From the IMG/VR virus record IMGVR_UViG_3300011005_000053: DNA of 64,000 nucleotides, one strand, 5' to 3'. Shown piece by piece: positions 1 through 8,049 of the stretch (positions are counted from its first letter, which is position 1; each line of letters opens with the position of its first letter). Under the pieces are notes generated by a model. That model saw only the letters and a program-made list of their open reading frames with translations, had not been told where the DNA came from and did not search any database. Origin of the DNA: a virus. The position numbers and the translations under genes were made by a program.

Positions 1-489
1 CACGATTTTCACGCCGTCCTCAGACCGAGCAGAGTTCACAGAAATCTCCCAGGATGTACTCAGGGTGCCAGCTTCAATGCGGTCGCGAATCAGCTTCACA
101 GCACGCGGGTAACGGCTCCAGATCTCGGCCGTACCAACGATGCATTCCTTGTCATCAATGGTCTCGATGTCGACGCTGGTAAACACGCCGAGAGCGTCCG
201 TATCAAACTCGACGCTGGTCGTGTAGTTGCCATCTTCATCCTTCACCATAACGCGCTTCATGTTATGACCGGTGAAGTCTGCCTCCTCACCAAAGGCGGA
301 TTTCTTAATTTTGCCTACAAGCGGCTGGTTCACCATCGACTGCATCCAGTTTTCAATCGTGTCTCGGTTAAGCTGCACACCGTTGCGATTGACGTCAAAG
401 TCACAGATACAGAACTTGGCGACCATATTGCCGTTCGAGGTATTCTCTGCGATCCAAACTTTATTGGAGAACAGAAGAATTTTGTCCAT
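1..489 (-). CDS. head morphogenesis protein (prohead protease/scaffold-like), partial; C-terminus runs off the window
   Basis: Open minus-strand frame from the window edge to an ATG at 487-489, preceded by GGAGGAG. It lies directly downstream of the portal in the leftward operon. No strong family motif is visible, so the call rests on synteny. Confidence 0.4.
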   Translation of the reverse strand, partial: MDKILLFSNKVWIAENTSNGNMVAKFCICDFDVNRNGVQLNRDTIENWMQSMVNQPLVGKIKKSAFGEEADFTGHNMKRVMVKDEDGNYTTSVEFDTDALGVFTSVDIETIDDKECIVGTAEIWSRYPRAVKLIRDRIEAGTLSTSWEISVNSARSEDGVKIV

Positions 490-860
490 CGGTAACTCCT
501 CCTTTCTGCAAGGATGTATATAGAAATCCCGCCGGTACAGGTCTCCGGCGGGGTTCTATCAAAAATAACTTACATAACAGATGTTGATATGCTACAATAG
601 TTACGCAACCTCCTTCCGAGGCACATGACGCCCGTGCTAACGACCCGCGGGATAGTGTTGTCCCTGCAGCACCCATAGTCGCGTAGGGTGCAACAAGGCA
701 TGCTCACATGCCGGGAAGGAGGCACGCGATGGTTGATAATTTACTTATGAACATACTCGGCGGCGCAATCGTCGAGCTACTGTTTCGTGCAGTAGATTAC
801 TTCCGCAGCCATCGGCTGTAAAATTGCCCGCCCGGAGGTTCACGCCTCCGGGTTGGTTTA

Positions 861-2453
861 TTAAGTATCCTCTCGATAGGACTCGTCATAATCCTGGCGG
901 CCATTTTCATCGTCGCCCTTCGGTCTGCCGCCGCTGTTACCGCTTGCGGTATAAGACGTCTCGCGGGCATAGAAGATATCATTGTCGCCATCTTCATTCT
1001 CTTGCTGACGCTTGGCGCGTTCGTCATCGTAATCGATGTCGAGGATATTCATCGCCGTACGCCGAGAACCATTCAGCGTGTTGTACACAAAGCCAGCAAG
1101 CAGTCTGCGCACATCCATTTCCATCTGCTCGGAGTCGATAACCTTAATGGTCGGAGCGAGCTCCGGGTCAAATCCACAGTCCTCCAGATAAGTTCTGTAG
1201 AACTTGTACATGACGTCTTCAAAGCTTTCGCCGATCGCATTGACGGTTTTGAGCAATTGGGCAACGGAGATCTTCACGGCGCCAAGACTGGCCCCGCTGT
1301 CCGTAAAGCCAATACCCAGAGCGGTCAGCAGCTTGGACGTATACTCCTTCTGCTGGTTGATAGAATCTTCGGACTGCGCCTTTGCTTGCACATAATACAT
1401 ATCTTCAACAGCCGGAATCGCAGTATACAGACCAAAGTTCGTCTTGAGTGCCTGGGCAGCCTGCTCGTGAGCGTGCGCCGCCTCAGCGAAACCCTTGCGC
1501 GTACCGTCGCTACCAAGCAGCTCCTTGCGCAGCTTCTGAAAGATGATCTTCTTGCTTCGCGCTTTACTGTCGGATACGTCAGCAGCCTGGATCTGATCAA
1601 GTACGATCAGCGGTTTCAGGCAGCGGAACAGCGGACTGACGCCGAGCTTGCGCCCCATGCTGTTGAACTTCACGCAATCGGAGTAGCGCGGATCAAGCCG
1701 CACAATCTTTTCTCCGTCCCGATACGCCTTCACGACCTCTTTCGGATAGTTGGCCTGAACCTCTTTGTCGATGTTCTCATAATAGACAGCCTTGTTCTTC
1801 CGCGTCTTCTGATAGGTTTTGCGCAGCCGCGACTTCAGATTGTCGATCGAGAACTCGATCACGTTGCGGTGATCATATAAATAGTCCGAAGGATACGCGA
1901 TGGAAAGCGGATACCAGTCAATGGTCGGCCGCTTATTCTTGTCGTTGCGCAGATACAGCACGTAGTTACCTTCGGCATATGTGCCGGAGATAGCATCCCG
2001 TATCAGGCGCTTGATGCCAACCGACTGATTAAAGTATTTAATAGCCGCCTTGACATCGGGGAGCACGTCAGCATAGTCGTTATCCTCTTCGTATCGTCCG
2101 TATGACAACTTATAATCGGTGTTGATATTCTTCACAACAGACTCATACGTCTGCCCAAAGAAGGCGTCCGAGAGGATCTTCTGAAGGATGATGGCATTTG
2201 CCGTAATGACATTGGCCACACTGGAGTTCAGACCGGACGCAAGTTGATCGATGTAGTCCAGCGACAGCGTCTGCCCACTCGTGGTATCCGATACAATCAC
2301 AGAGTTGTGTGCGGCGGTTGGATAATTTTCAAGCGCACTTCTCAGAATCTCGTCATAGCGCTCTTCAATCCAGGCCGCATCGTGATCCGACGTGACCAGA
2401 ACCGTGTTCTCGTCGATCGGCGTTGCCATATATTCCACTTCATAATCGTCCAA
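861..2453 (-). CDS. portal protein
   Basis: A 530-538 aa ORF immediately downstream of the large terminase, with a very acidic C-terminal tail. The AAGGAGGTG site is followed 8 nt later by TTG at 2453, which I chose over the track start at 2477 (TTG overlapping the TerL stop). Confidence 0.6.
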   Translation of the reverse strand: MDDYEVEYMATPIDENTVLVTSDHDAAWIEERYDEILRSALENYPTAAHNSVIVSDTTSGQTLSLDYIDQLASGLNSSVANVITANAIILQKILSDAFFGQTYESVVKNINTDYKLSYGRYEEDNDYADVLPDVKAAIKYFNQSVGIKRLIRDAISGTYAEGNYVLYLRNDKNKRPTIDWYPLSIAYPSDYLYDHRNVIEFSIDNLKSRLRKTYQKTRKNKAVYYENIDKEVQANYPKEVVKAYRDGEKIVRLDPRYSDCVKFNSMGRKLGVSPLFRCLKPLIVLDQIQAADVSDSKARSKKIIFQKLRKELLGSDGTRKGFAEAAHAHEQAAQALKTNFGLYTAIPAVEDMYYVQAKAQSEDSINQQKEYTSKLLTALGIGFTDSGASLGAVKISVAQLLKTVNAIGESFEDVMYKFYRTYLEDCGFDPELAPTIKVIDSEQMEMDVRRLLAGFVYNTLNGSRRTAMNILDIDYDDERAKRQQENEDGDNDIFYARETSYTASGNSGGRPKGDDENGRQDYDESYREDT

Positions 2454-2473
2454 AGGTATCACCTCCTTGCTTA

Positions 2474-4249
2474 TCAAAAATTCAAATTAGAAACCAATAA
2501 CGGCGCGTCCTCAAACGCACCCTCATCATCATTTAACATATCACGCGCCATCAGGCTGCCAAAGTATGCACCCATTTCAACAGAGCTCCAACGGTCCTTT
2601 GTGTTGTTACCCTGCTCAAACACGCGGATCAAACCGGTACTCGGGGCTCGGTCATACTGCAGCGTCGCAATCTCAGAGATCATAAGCATCGTCTCAAGAT
2701 ACGGCGCCTCATAACGCAGACGCACATCCGGGTCGATCGTCTTGTTATAGTCCGGAATAAACCGTCTGATTTCGTCCAGACCGTCGTCCTTCGGGATCAG
2801 GAACTCGATCGTCTTCTCCATAAGCATGGCCTTGAACGACATAGTCATCTCGGCATTCAGTTTGTTAGAAGCGTTAATAATAAACAAACACTCTTCTGCA
2901 TTAGGATTGTTGACACGCGCCGCAACCACTGGGTCATTCATACATCTTACCGGCGCATACTCCACGCCGCGATCAGGGTCAGCTAAGACCCTCGCCAGTG
3001 TGTCTACGATAGAAATTCCTATATTACGTCCGTCAACTACAAAGTATTGAGCTCCAAAATCGTGCCTGAGCTGTTGTAGTCGGACAGCTTGTGCACGGAT
3101 CTCTGTCCCTTTGAAAGCTTCAAGATACACAACCTGTACACGATAGAGCTTATGCCCGTCGTCTCCGACATCCGGCAGCAGCCGCATCAGCGAGAAGGCG
3201 CTGTTGTCGTTGCCGGATCGGTTCACAGCGGCAAAGTCCGCCGCCACAATCCGTATCTCGCCGTCCTGTTTTTGGATTGGGTTCAAAAGCTTGGCCTTTG
3301 TGACGAACTCATCTGTCGTCTTCGGGTAAAATGGTCTCGCGATAACCTGCCGGTTTCGCAGCTCCGCATACGTGAAGAACGACATGGACCCCTGCCGCAT
3401 CATGATGTTGTCGTATTCCGTCATACGCGTGATCGGGTCGGCGTCTCGGTACGCCGTAATCATCTGCTTGCGCGTACGGATTCCGTGTTTCAGGCAGATT
3501 GCGTAGTCCAGCGCAAAGAAGACCGAACCGTCTCCGTTCAGCATGCCGCGCATAGCGTTGACCGAAGCTTTCGACAACCAGTGCTGATCGTCCGTGCTGC
3601 TGGAGATCTGTATCTGCACTGGTTCCTCCACGAATTCCTTACGCCCATTGAACTCCGGCAGTCTTGCAAACTCCGGCTGTCTTGAAATCAGGAAGGGGAC
3701 AATGACCTTCTTCACGACTTCGCCGTCGTCCAGAATGTTGCGCCCCTCGTCGATCACGATGACGTGAGCACGATGTCCTCGCGCGGAGTCAGCCAGCGTA
3801 ACGATCTCGACGAAGCTTCCGTTGCGAAACGTCACCGACGTCTCGATTTGGTTATCCTTATAGCTCTTAATCTCGCGCCGCAGCATAGGAGACCACTCGC
3901 ATAACTCCTTGATGATCTTCTCCGATATGATCAGCGACGCCTGTTTACGCGTCGAACTGGCAATGATGACGTGTGTACCGGGGTATAAGATGCACCGGAT
4001 CACGCAGTACACAGCCAGAATAAAGCTCTTGGCCGCCGCTCGACTGGCCTCAATGATGGCGTTATCGGACTGAAAAAGTCCCCACAAAATGATCTCTTGG
4101 TACGGAAAAAGTTTAATTTTTAAGTATAATCTGGCAAAAATATGTGGATTTTTTCGAAAAAACTGGTTCCAATCGAGAAAAGAATGCAAATGACGTGTAT
4201 CGGCCAGCCATCCTGACATATTGGATGCCAGTTGCTGCTCATTCGCCAT
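2474..4249 (-). CDS. terminase large subunit
   Basis: 591 aa. Walker A-like IIEASRAAAKS and Walker B VIVIDEG in the N-terminal ATPase region, with a long C-terminal nuclease-like region. RBS GGAGGAAGAG precedes the ATG. Adjacent to the portal. Confidence 0.85.
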   Translation of the reverse strand: MANEQQLASNMSGWLADTRHLHSFLDWNQFFRKNPHIFARLYLKIKLFPYQEIILWGLFQSDNAIIEASRAAAKSFILAVYCVIRCILYPGTHVIIASSTRKQASLIISEKIIKELCEWSPMLRREIKSYKDNQIETSVTFRNGSFVEIVTLADSARGHRAHVIVIDEGRNILDDGEVVKKVIVPFLISRQPEFARLPEFNGRKEFVEEPVQIQISSSTDDQHWLSKASVNAMRGMLNGDGSVFFALDYAICLKHGIRTRKQMITAYRDADPITRMTEYDNIMMRQGSMSFFTYAELRNRQVIARPFYPKTTDEFVTKAKLLNPIQKQDGEIRIVAADFAAVNRSGNDNSAFSLMRLLPDVGDDGHKLYRVQVVYLEAFKGTEIRAQAVRLQQLRHDFGAQYFVVDGRNIGISIVDTLARVLADPDRGVEYAPVRCMNDPVVAARVNNPNAEECLFIINASNKLNAEMTMSFKAMLMEKTIEFLIPKDDGLDEIRRFIPDYNKTIDPDVRLRYEAPYLETMLMISEIATLQYDRAPSTGLIRVFEQGNNTKDRWSSVEMGAYFGSLMARDMLNDDEGAFEDAPLLVSNLNF

Positions 4250-5246
4250 TGATCTCTTCCTCCGTTAGACTGAACTCAGGGTCTTTATCATTCGTCTTGC
4301 CGAAGTAATTCAGCGTTGAACGGGTAAAGAACCGCTCGATATAGTCGCCGATCTGATCCACATCCTTGTACAGATCGGGCGTTTCATACAATTCAGCAGG
4401 CGAGAACCGCTCTACCTGCGCGATAAACTGTCCCCAGGTGGCCGCTTCATCGTCCGCGTAGTCCTCGGCGGTACGCGTTTTCAGTCCGCTGCTCTTCAAG
4501 GTATCAGAATACAGCTTGGTTAGCTTGGCATACGCGTCCGGGTCGTTGCGCGACTGCATCTGCAACAATTTAGTCGTGCAAAGGTCGCGCATCAGCGAAT
4601 CCTGAACGCCGTCCGCATTCTCAAACTGCTTCGTCAGCATCTCGTAATGCTGCATCAGGATCGCATATTCGTGAGGCCGATAGCCGATACCGAACAGCTC
4701 AACCGCTCGCGGATCACTCTCAGCTTCCTCGTCCGAGACGTTAGCCGGCTGCAGCGTCGATATCATGTCCGCAGCCGCAGCTCTGGCAGCCTCCTCCTCG
4801 CGCATCGTGTCAACATAGGTCTTGTCGGCATATGCCTTGGTGCGCGACTTCATGCACAAACGCCCAACCGGATTTTTCCCGGCAGCTGCCGCCAGCACAG
4901 CATCAATGATCTCGTCATTAATGTATAAGTCGAGCAATTGAGCTACGCGATGCAAAGCAATGCGCTCGCTGCCCGTATCGTCTGCTATGTGCTGATAGTA
5001 CATCTCCATCGCATCCGTGCTGACAGGGAAGAAGCCGTTGTTTGCCGCGAACAAATCTCCGTTTGTTTTCAGGAAGTTTCCTTTTTGATCCTGGAACTCC
5101 TTGAATGTGCAATGGCAATAATACGGCGGCTGCATGACTACATCCGGCCGTACGATCCTCTTCGTAAATTTCGGCGGTTCAAACGCCTCCGCCGTAGTCA
5201 TAGGCTCCTTGCGCGGCACTTCGCGCTTCGGAAGCTTCTTCGGCAA
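4239..5246 (-). CDS. putative terminase small subunit / DNA-packaging protein
   Basis: 335-aa ORF immediately upstream of the large terminase, overlapping it by 11 nt. Called from position only. The start is uncertain: TTG at 5246, or ATG at 5201 after AAGGAG. Confidence 0.3.
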   Translation of the reverse strand: MPKKLPKREVPRKEPMTTAEAFEPPKFTKRIVRPDVVMQPPYYCHCTFKEFQDQKGNFLKTNGDLFAANNGFFPVSTDAMEMYYQHIADDTGSERIALHRVAQLLDLYINDEIIDAVLAAAAGKNPVGRLCMKSRTKAYADKTYVDTMREEEAARAAAADMISTLQPANVSDEEAESDPRAVELFGIGYRPHEYAILMQHYEMLTKQFENADGVQDSLMRDLCTTKLLQMQSRNDPDAYAKLTKLYSDTLKSSGLKTRTAEDYADDEAATWGQFIAQVERFSPAELYETPDLYKDVDQIGDYIERFFTRSTLNYFGKTNDKDPEFSLTEEEINGE

Positions 5247-5287
5247 ACTATTCTTTGCGTTTGCTATAATCAGTCACCACCTTAAAA

Positions 5288-6346
5288 TCACAGGTCGCTA
5301 AGCGATTTCTTCTCAGTGCCCTTAATACCATCCGCCGTAAAGTAGTCAGAGAAACTCTCCGCGACGTCTGTGTCGTCGTATCGCGCAACCATAGACACAT
5401 CTTCCCACGCAACGATCTCCTTGATCACATTGTGCGGCACACCGCTCTTGCTCAGGCGAGTCGTATAGTAGTGCCGCAGCGCGTGCGAATAGATCTTGTC
5501 TGCGCGCCCGGTGCTCTCAAACAGCACGCGGCTGAACGTATGCGTCCACGAGTTAGCAATGTTGTGATCTCTTGGCTGCGTCGGGTCGTCCGGATCGGGG
5601 AACATCCACGGACTGTCGAGGCCGATTTGTTCCCTATACTGCATCCACGCGTCGAAATACGGCTGAAAGTCCTTCGCCAGCGTATAAAACACGATCTGTT
5701 TGCCGGTAACCCCGCGCCCCTTCGACTGGATCGTCTCTAGCGTAGAGTACAAAGCGCCGTTACAGATCAGATGATCTGGACCAAAATGCTCCGTCTTGAA
5801 GCGGAACAACTCACTTTTTCTGCGCCCGCTGAACGCAGCCAGCGCAAAGTAGCAAGCCTTTTCATACTGTTTTGCGTCCATCAGGGCAGACAACACGGTG
5901 TTGACCTCCTCGTCGCTGAGTACCGTCTTCTCCATAACCGGCGTATTTACCGGGTTTTCTATGCCGCGAATCGTAGGCTTGAAACTGCCGAATTCATCGG
6001 GCTCGTCCTCTGCCAGAATGTTGGACACATAATTGGACAGGCTGCTGATCACAGCCTTGATACGGCGCACTCTCGCCGCACTGTTGCCATTTTCGTTGAC
6101 CATCCAGTCCTGCATGGCCACCCATTCCCGCTTCTTAACGCTGACAAACTCCTTGTTGCCACAGCGTTCCAGCAGGAACACCATAATGATATCGAGGTCG
6201 TTATCGTACCCCTTAATGGTGTTCGGCGACCTCTGAATGGAGCGCAAGTAGGCCAGAAAGTCCCGTTTCAGCTCCATATTTTTCGGATTGACCGCCGCCA
6301 GCTTCTCCGGCGACGTAATCTTATTCTGTTGTACCTTGCGACCCAC
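5288..6346 (-). CDS. tyrosine recombinase (phage integrase family) A
   Basis: C-terminal catalytic signature HALRHYYTTRL and a terminal Tyr in VARYDD. The start is moved to GTG at 6346, 6 nt after GGGAGGTG; the track ATG at 6382 overlaps a plus-strand -35 box. Confidence 0.8.
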   Translation of the reverse strand: MGRKVQQNKITSPEKLAAVNPKNMELKRDFLAYLRSIQRSPNTIKGYDNDLDIIMVFLLERCGNKEFVSVKKREWVAMQDWMVNENGNSAARVRRIKAVISSLSNYVSNILAEDEPDEFGSFKPTIRGIENPVNTPVMEKTVLSDEEVNTVLSALMDAKQYEKACYFALAAFSGRRKSELFRFKTEHFGPDHLICNGALYSTLETIQSKGRGVTGKQIVFYTLAKDFQPYFDAWMQYREQIGLDSPWMFPDPDDPTQPRDHNIANSWTHTFSRVLFESTGRADKIYSHALRHYYTTRLSKSGVPHNVIKEIVAWEDVSMVARYDDTDVAESFSDYFTADGIKGTEKKSLSDL

Positions 6347-6367
6347 TTGTCTCACCTCCCTTTCCTT

Positions 6368-6397
6368 TTGACAAAACTGCAAGATTACGAGTATAAT
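6368..6397 (+). promoter_or_regulatory. sigma-A type promoter (TTGACA-18-TATAAT) driving a short plus-strand transcript
   Basis: TTGACA at 6368-6373 and TATAAT at 6392-6397, in the gap between two minus-strand genes. Confidence 0.5.
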
Positions 6398-6403
6398 GTG
6401 TAT

Positions 6404-6547
6404 ACGCCTTTATTTCATTGTGGATCAATAGACCCTGGTGTCTATTTGGTAACCCCGTGCAAGCGGGGCCCGATCTTACAATGAAATCTGTAAGGCTTTC
6501 TGAGGCGCCGCCGCGTGGTGTTACAGCACTACGCGGCGTTATTTTTT
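6404..6547 (+). ncRNA. candidate ~145-nt small RNA between the int and HU genes
   Basis: The promoter above is followed by hairpins (ATAGAC/GTCTAT and CCCCG/CGGGG) and an intrinsic terminator at 6510-6547. The only ORF here (6418-6654) reads through that terminator. Confidence 0.35.
6510..6547 (+). terminator. rho-independent terminator (GCCGCGT...ACGCGGC followed by TTATTTTTT)
   Basis: 7-bp GC-rich stem and a T-run on the plus strand, overlapping the HU stop codon. Confidence 0.55.
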
Positions 6548-6949
6548 CTCCTCTTCAACCGCTTCAGCATCATGTATTTCCTCGTCGATATACTCGACAT
6601 CGTGCGGCGCACTGCCGCGCACAGGCAGCTCGCTTTTACGGCCGCCCTTTTTAATAGGTTCTTCAATGATCGGCACGTCGCGCATGCTCCGATCGAGCTT
6701 TGCGCACGGCACAAAAGTCAGGTCCATATGCGGTTTAGATGTCATGATCTTGCCGGTAACCCAATCCTGATACCGTCTTGCCGGCGCATATTTCTGCCGA
6801 AAGCTGCCGAAACCGGCGATCTTGATCTCCTGGTTCACAGGAAGCTGTTCGCATAGGAACTCAAAAATGGATCGCACCCACGTGTCAGCCGTCTGCGCAC
6901 TGACGTTATACTGGCTCGCAAACAACCTTGAAAACTCCGTTGTATTCAT
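6539..6949 (-). CDS. hup: HU/IHF-family DNA-binding protein
   Basis: MNTTEFS...GFGSFRQKYAPARRYQDWVTGKIMTSKPHMDLTFVP is the typical HU arm region. Start ATG at 6947-6949 after AAGGTGGTGACGG; the track ORF carries 43 extra upstream codons. Confidence 0.8.
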   Translation of the reverse strand: MNTTEFSRLFASQYNVSAQTADTWVRSIFEFLCEQLPVNQEIKIAGFGSFRQKYAPARRYQDWVTGKIMTSKPHMDLTFVPCAKLDRSMRDVPIIEEPIKKGGRKSELPVRGSAPHDVEYIDEEIHDAEAVEEEKK

Positions 6950-6962
6950 ACCGTCACCACCT

Positions 6963-7751
6963 TTACACGTAGAATCCGACGGTCTGAATCTTTTTCTCGG
7001 CCCCGACAAGTACCAGCTTATACAGCTTGTCCGAGTTGGGCCTGTAGCCGTTATCCACAGCGTAGCCGCCGTAGTCAAGGAAGGACCCGGCGTTCACGGT
7101 CTCGGTGGATTTCAGCGTAATGTTTTTAAGGATGGGATTGTAAACCAGCTTGGCCCGAGGCTGATCCTTGGGAGAGTGGTCGTGTCCCCACACGGTAAAG
7201 TCGACGCCGTCGACAAAGTCCGCCGTGCTGTATGCCTTGGTGTCCTTGGCCTTATGCACGAGGTAGCCGACGTAGTGCGTCTGCGCGTTAGGGTCCTTGG
7301 CGCGTGTGCCAACACCGATATCAATAAAAGCAAAATGCGGACGGTAACGTTCCTTGATACCGGCAATGATACAGGCGTCGTACAGCGGGTACAACCCAGC
7401 CAACTTATAACTGCGGTTGCGCTCATGGTTGCCGTCGATCACAGCTATAGTGCGATCAGACAAATCACACAGCTGCTCGGCAAACCACTCCCGCTGCTCC
7501 TGCGGAGTGGAAGTCTGCGTAAACACATCGCTCTTACTACCAGGAGTCGCGTTTTCCATGGCGTCGCCCACAAAGATGCAGTAGCGGTTCGGCGCATCCA
7601 GAATCTCCTGTTTGACAGCGCCCCACTTTTCTTTGTTGAACTGCGCACTGCCCATATGCAAATCATGCAGCGCATACAGTTCGATGTAAGAGAACTCTTT
7701 CGGTGTGTTGAACAGAATAGGCGTATAATCACTTAACATTGGCCGCACCAC
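6963..7751 (-). CDS. calcineurin-like metallophosphoesterase
   Basis: Motifs GDAMENAT, GNHE and GHDH. Alternative start at 7739 (MLSDYTP). Confidence 0.75.
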   Translation of the reverse strand: MVRPMLSDYTPILFNTPKEFSYIELYALHDLHMGSAQFNKEKWGAVKQEILDAPNRYCIFVGDAMENATPGSKSDVFTQTSTPQEQREWFAEQLCDLSDRTIAVIDGNHERNRSYKLAGLYPLYDACIIAGIKERYRPHFAFIDIGVGTRAKDPNAQTHYVGYLVHKAKDTKAYSTADFVDGVDFTVWGHDHSPKDQPRAKLVYNPILKNITLKSTETVNAGSFLDYGGYAVDNGYRPNSDKLYKLVLVGAEKKIQTVGFYV

Positions 7752-7902
7752 GCATCTTTCTCAGCAGCGCCTTGACCTCCCGGCTTTCAACGGCATAGTA
7801 CCGGTGTCGGTTGGACTTCTGCACGCACGTCCTCACAATCTGAGGGTCTTTACAATTTTCGCGGATGGCCTGAGCCTCTTCTTTGCTCACTTGGATAATA
7901 AT
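7729..7902 (-). CDS. small basic hypothetical protein (start codon unclear)
   Basis: The ORF runs through the upstream terminator, so the true start must lie downstream. Candidates are ATT codons preceded by AAAAAGGA, or GTG at 7890. The 3' end overlaps the phosphoesterase start. Confidence 0.3.
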   Translation of the reverse strand: MIIQVSKEEAQAIRENCKDPQIVRTCVQKSNRHRYYAVESREVKALLRKMRGAANVK

Positions 7903-7970
7903 AATCAGTCCTTTTTCTGTAGTAAGGAGTGGCTTGGAGCCGTTTCTCCTCCTAACACACCACACTCCCG

Positions 7971-8018
7971 TCAAAATGCAGAAAACCCGCAAACCCTTGA
8001 AAATCAAGGACTTGCGGG
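7971..8018 (-). terminator. rho-independent terminator after the 934-aa gene
   Basis: Minus-strand hairpin CCCGCAAGTCCTTG...CAAGGGTTTGCGGG followed by TTTTCTGCATTTTG. Confidence 0.5.
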
Positions 8019-8049
8019 CATTTCAAAGCTTTGAAACTTTTGGGGTAGG

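Noticed and set aside
265-523. Plus-strand ORFs 265-495 and 272-523
   Set aside because: They are antisense to the minus-strand head gene that fills 1-489. No RBS, and low-complexity translation.
6418-6654. 78-aa plus-strand ORF starting with GTG at 6418
   Set aside because: It reads through a strong intrinsic terminator and into the antisense of the HU gene. The region is better explained as a small non-coding transcript.
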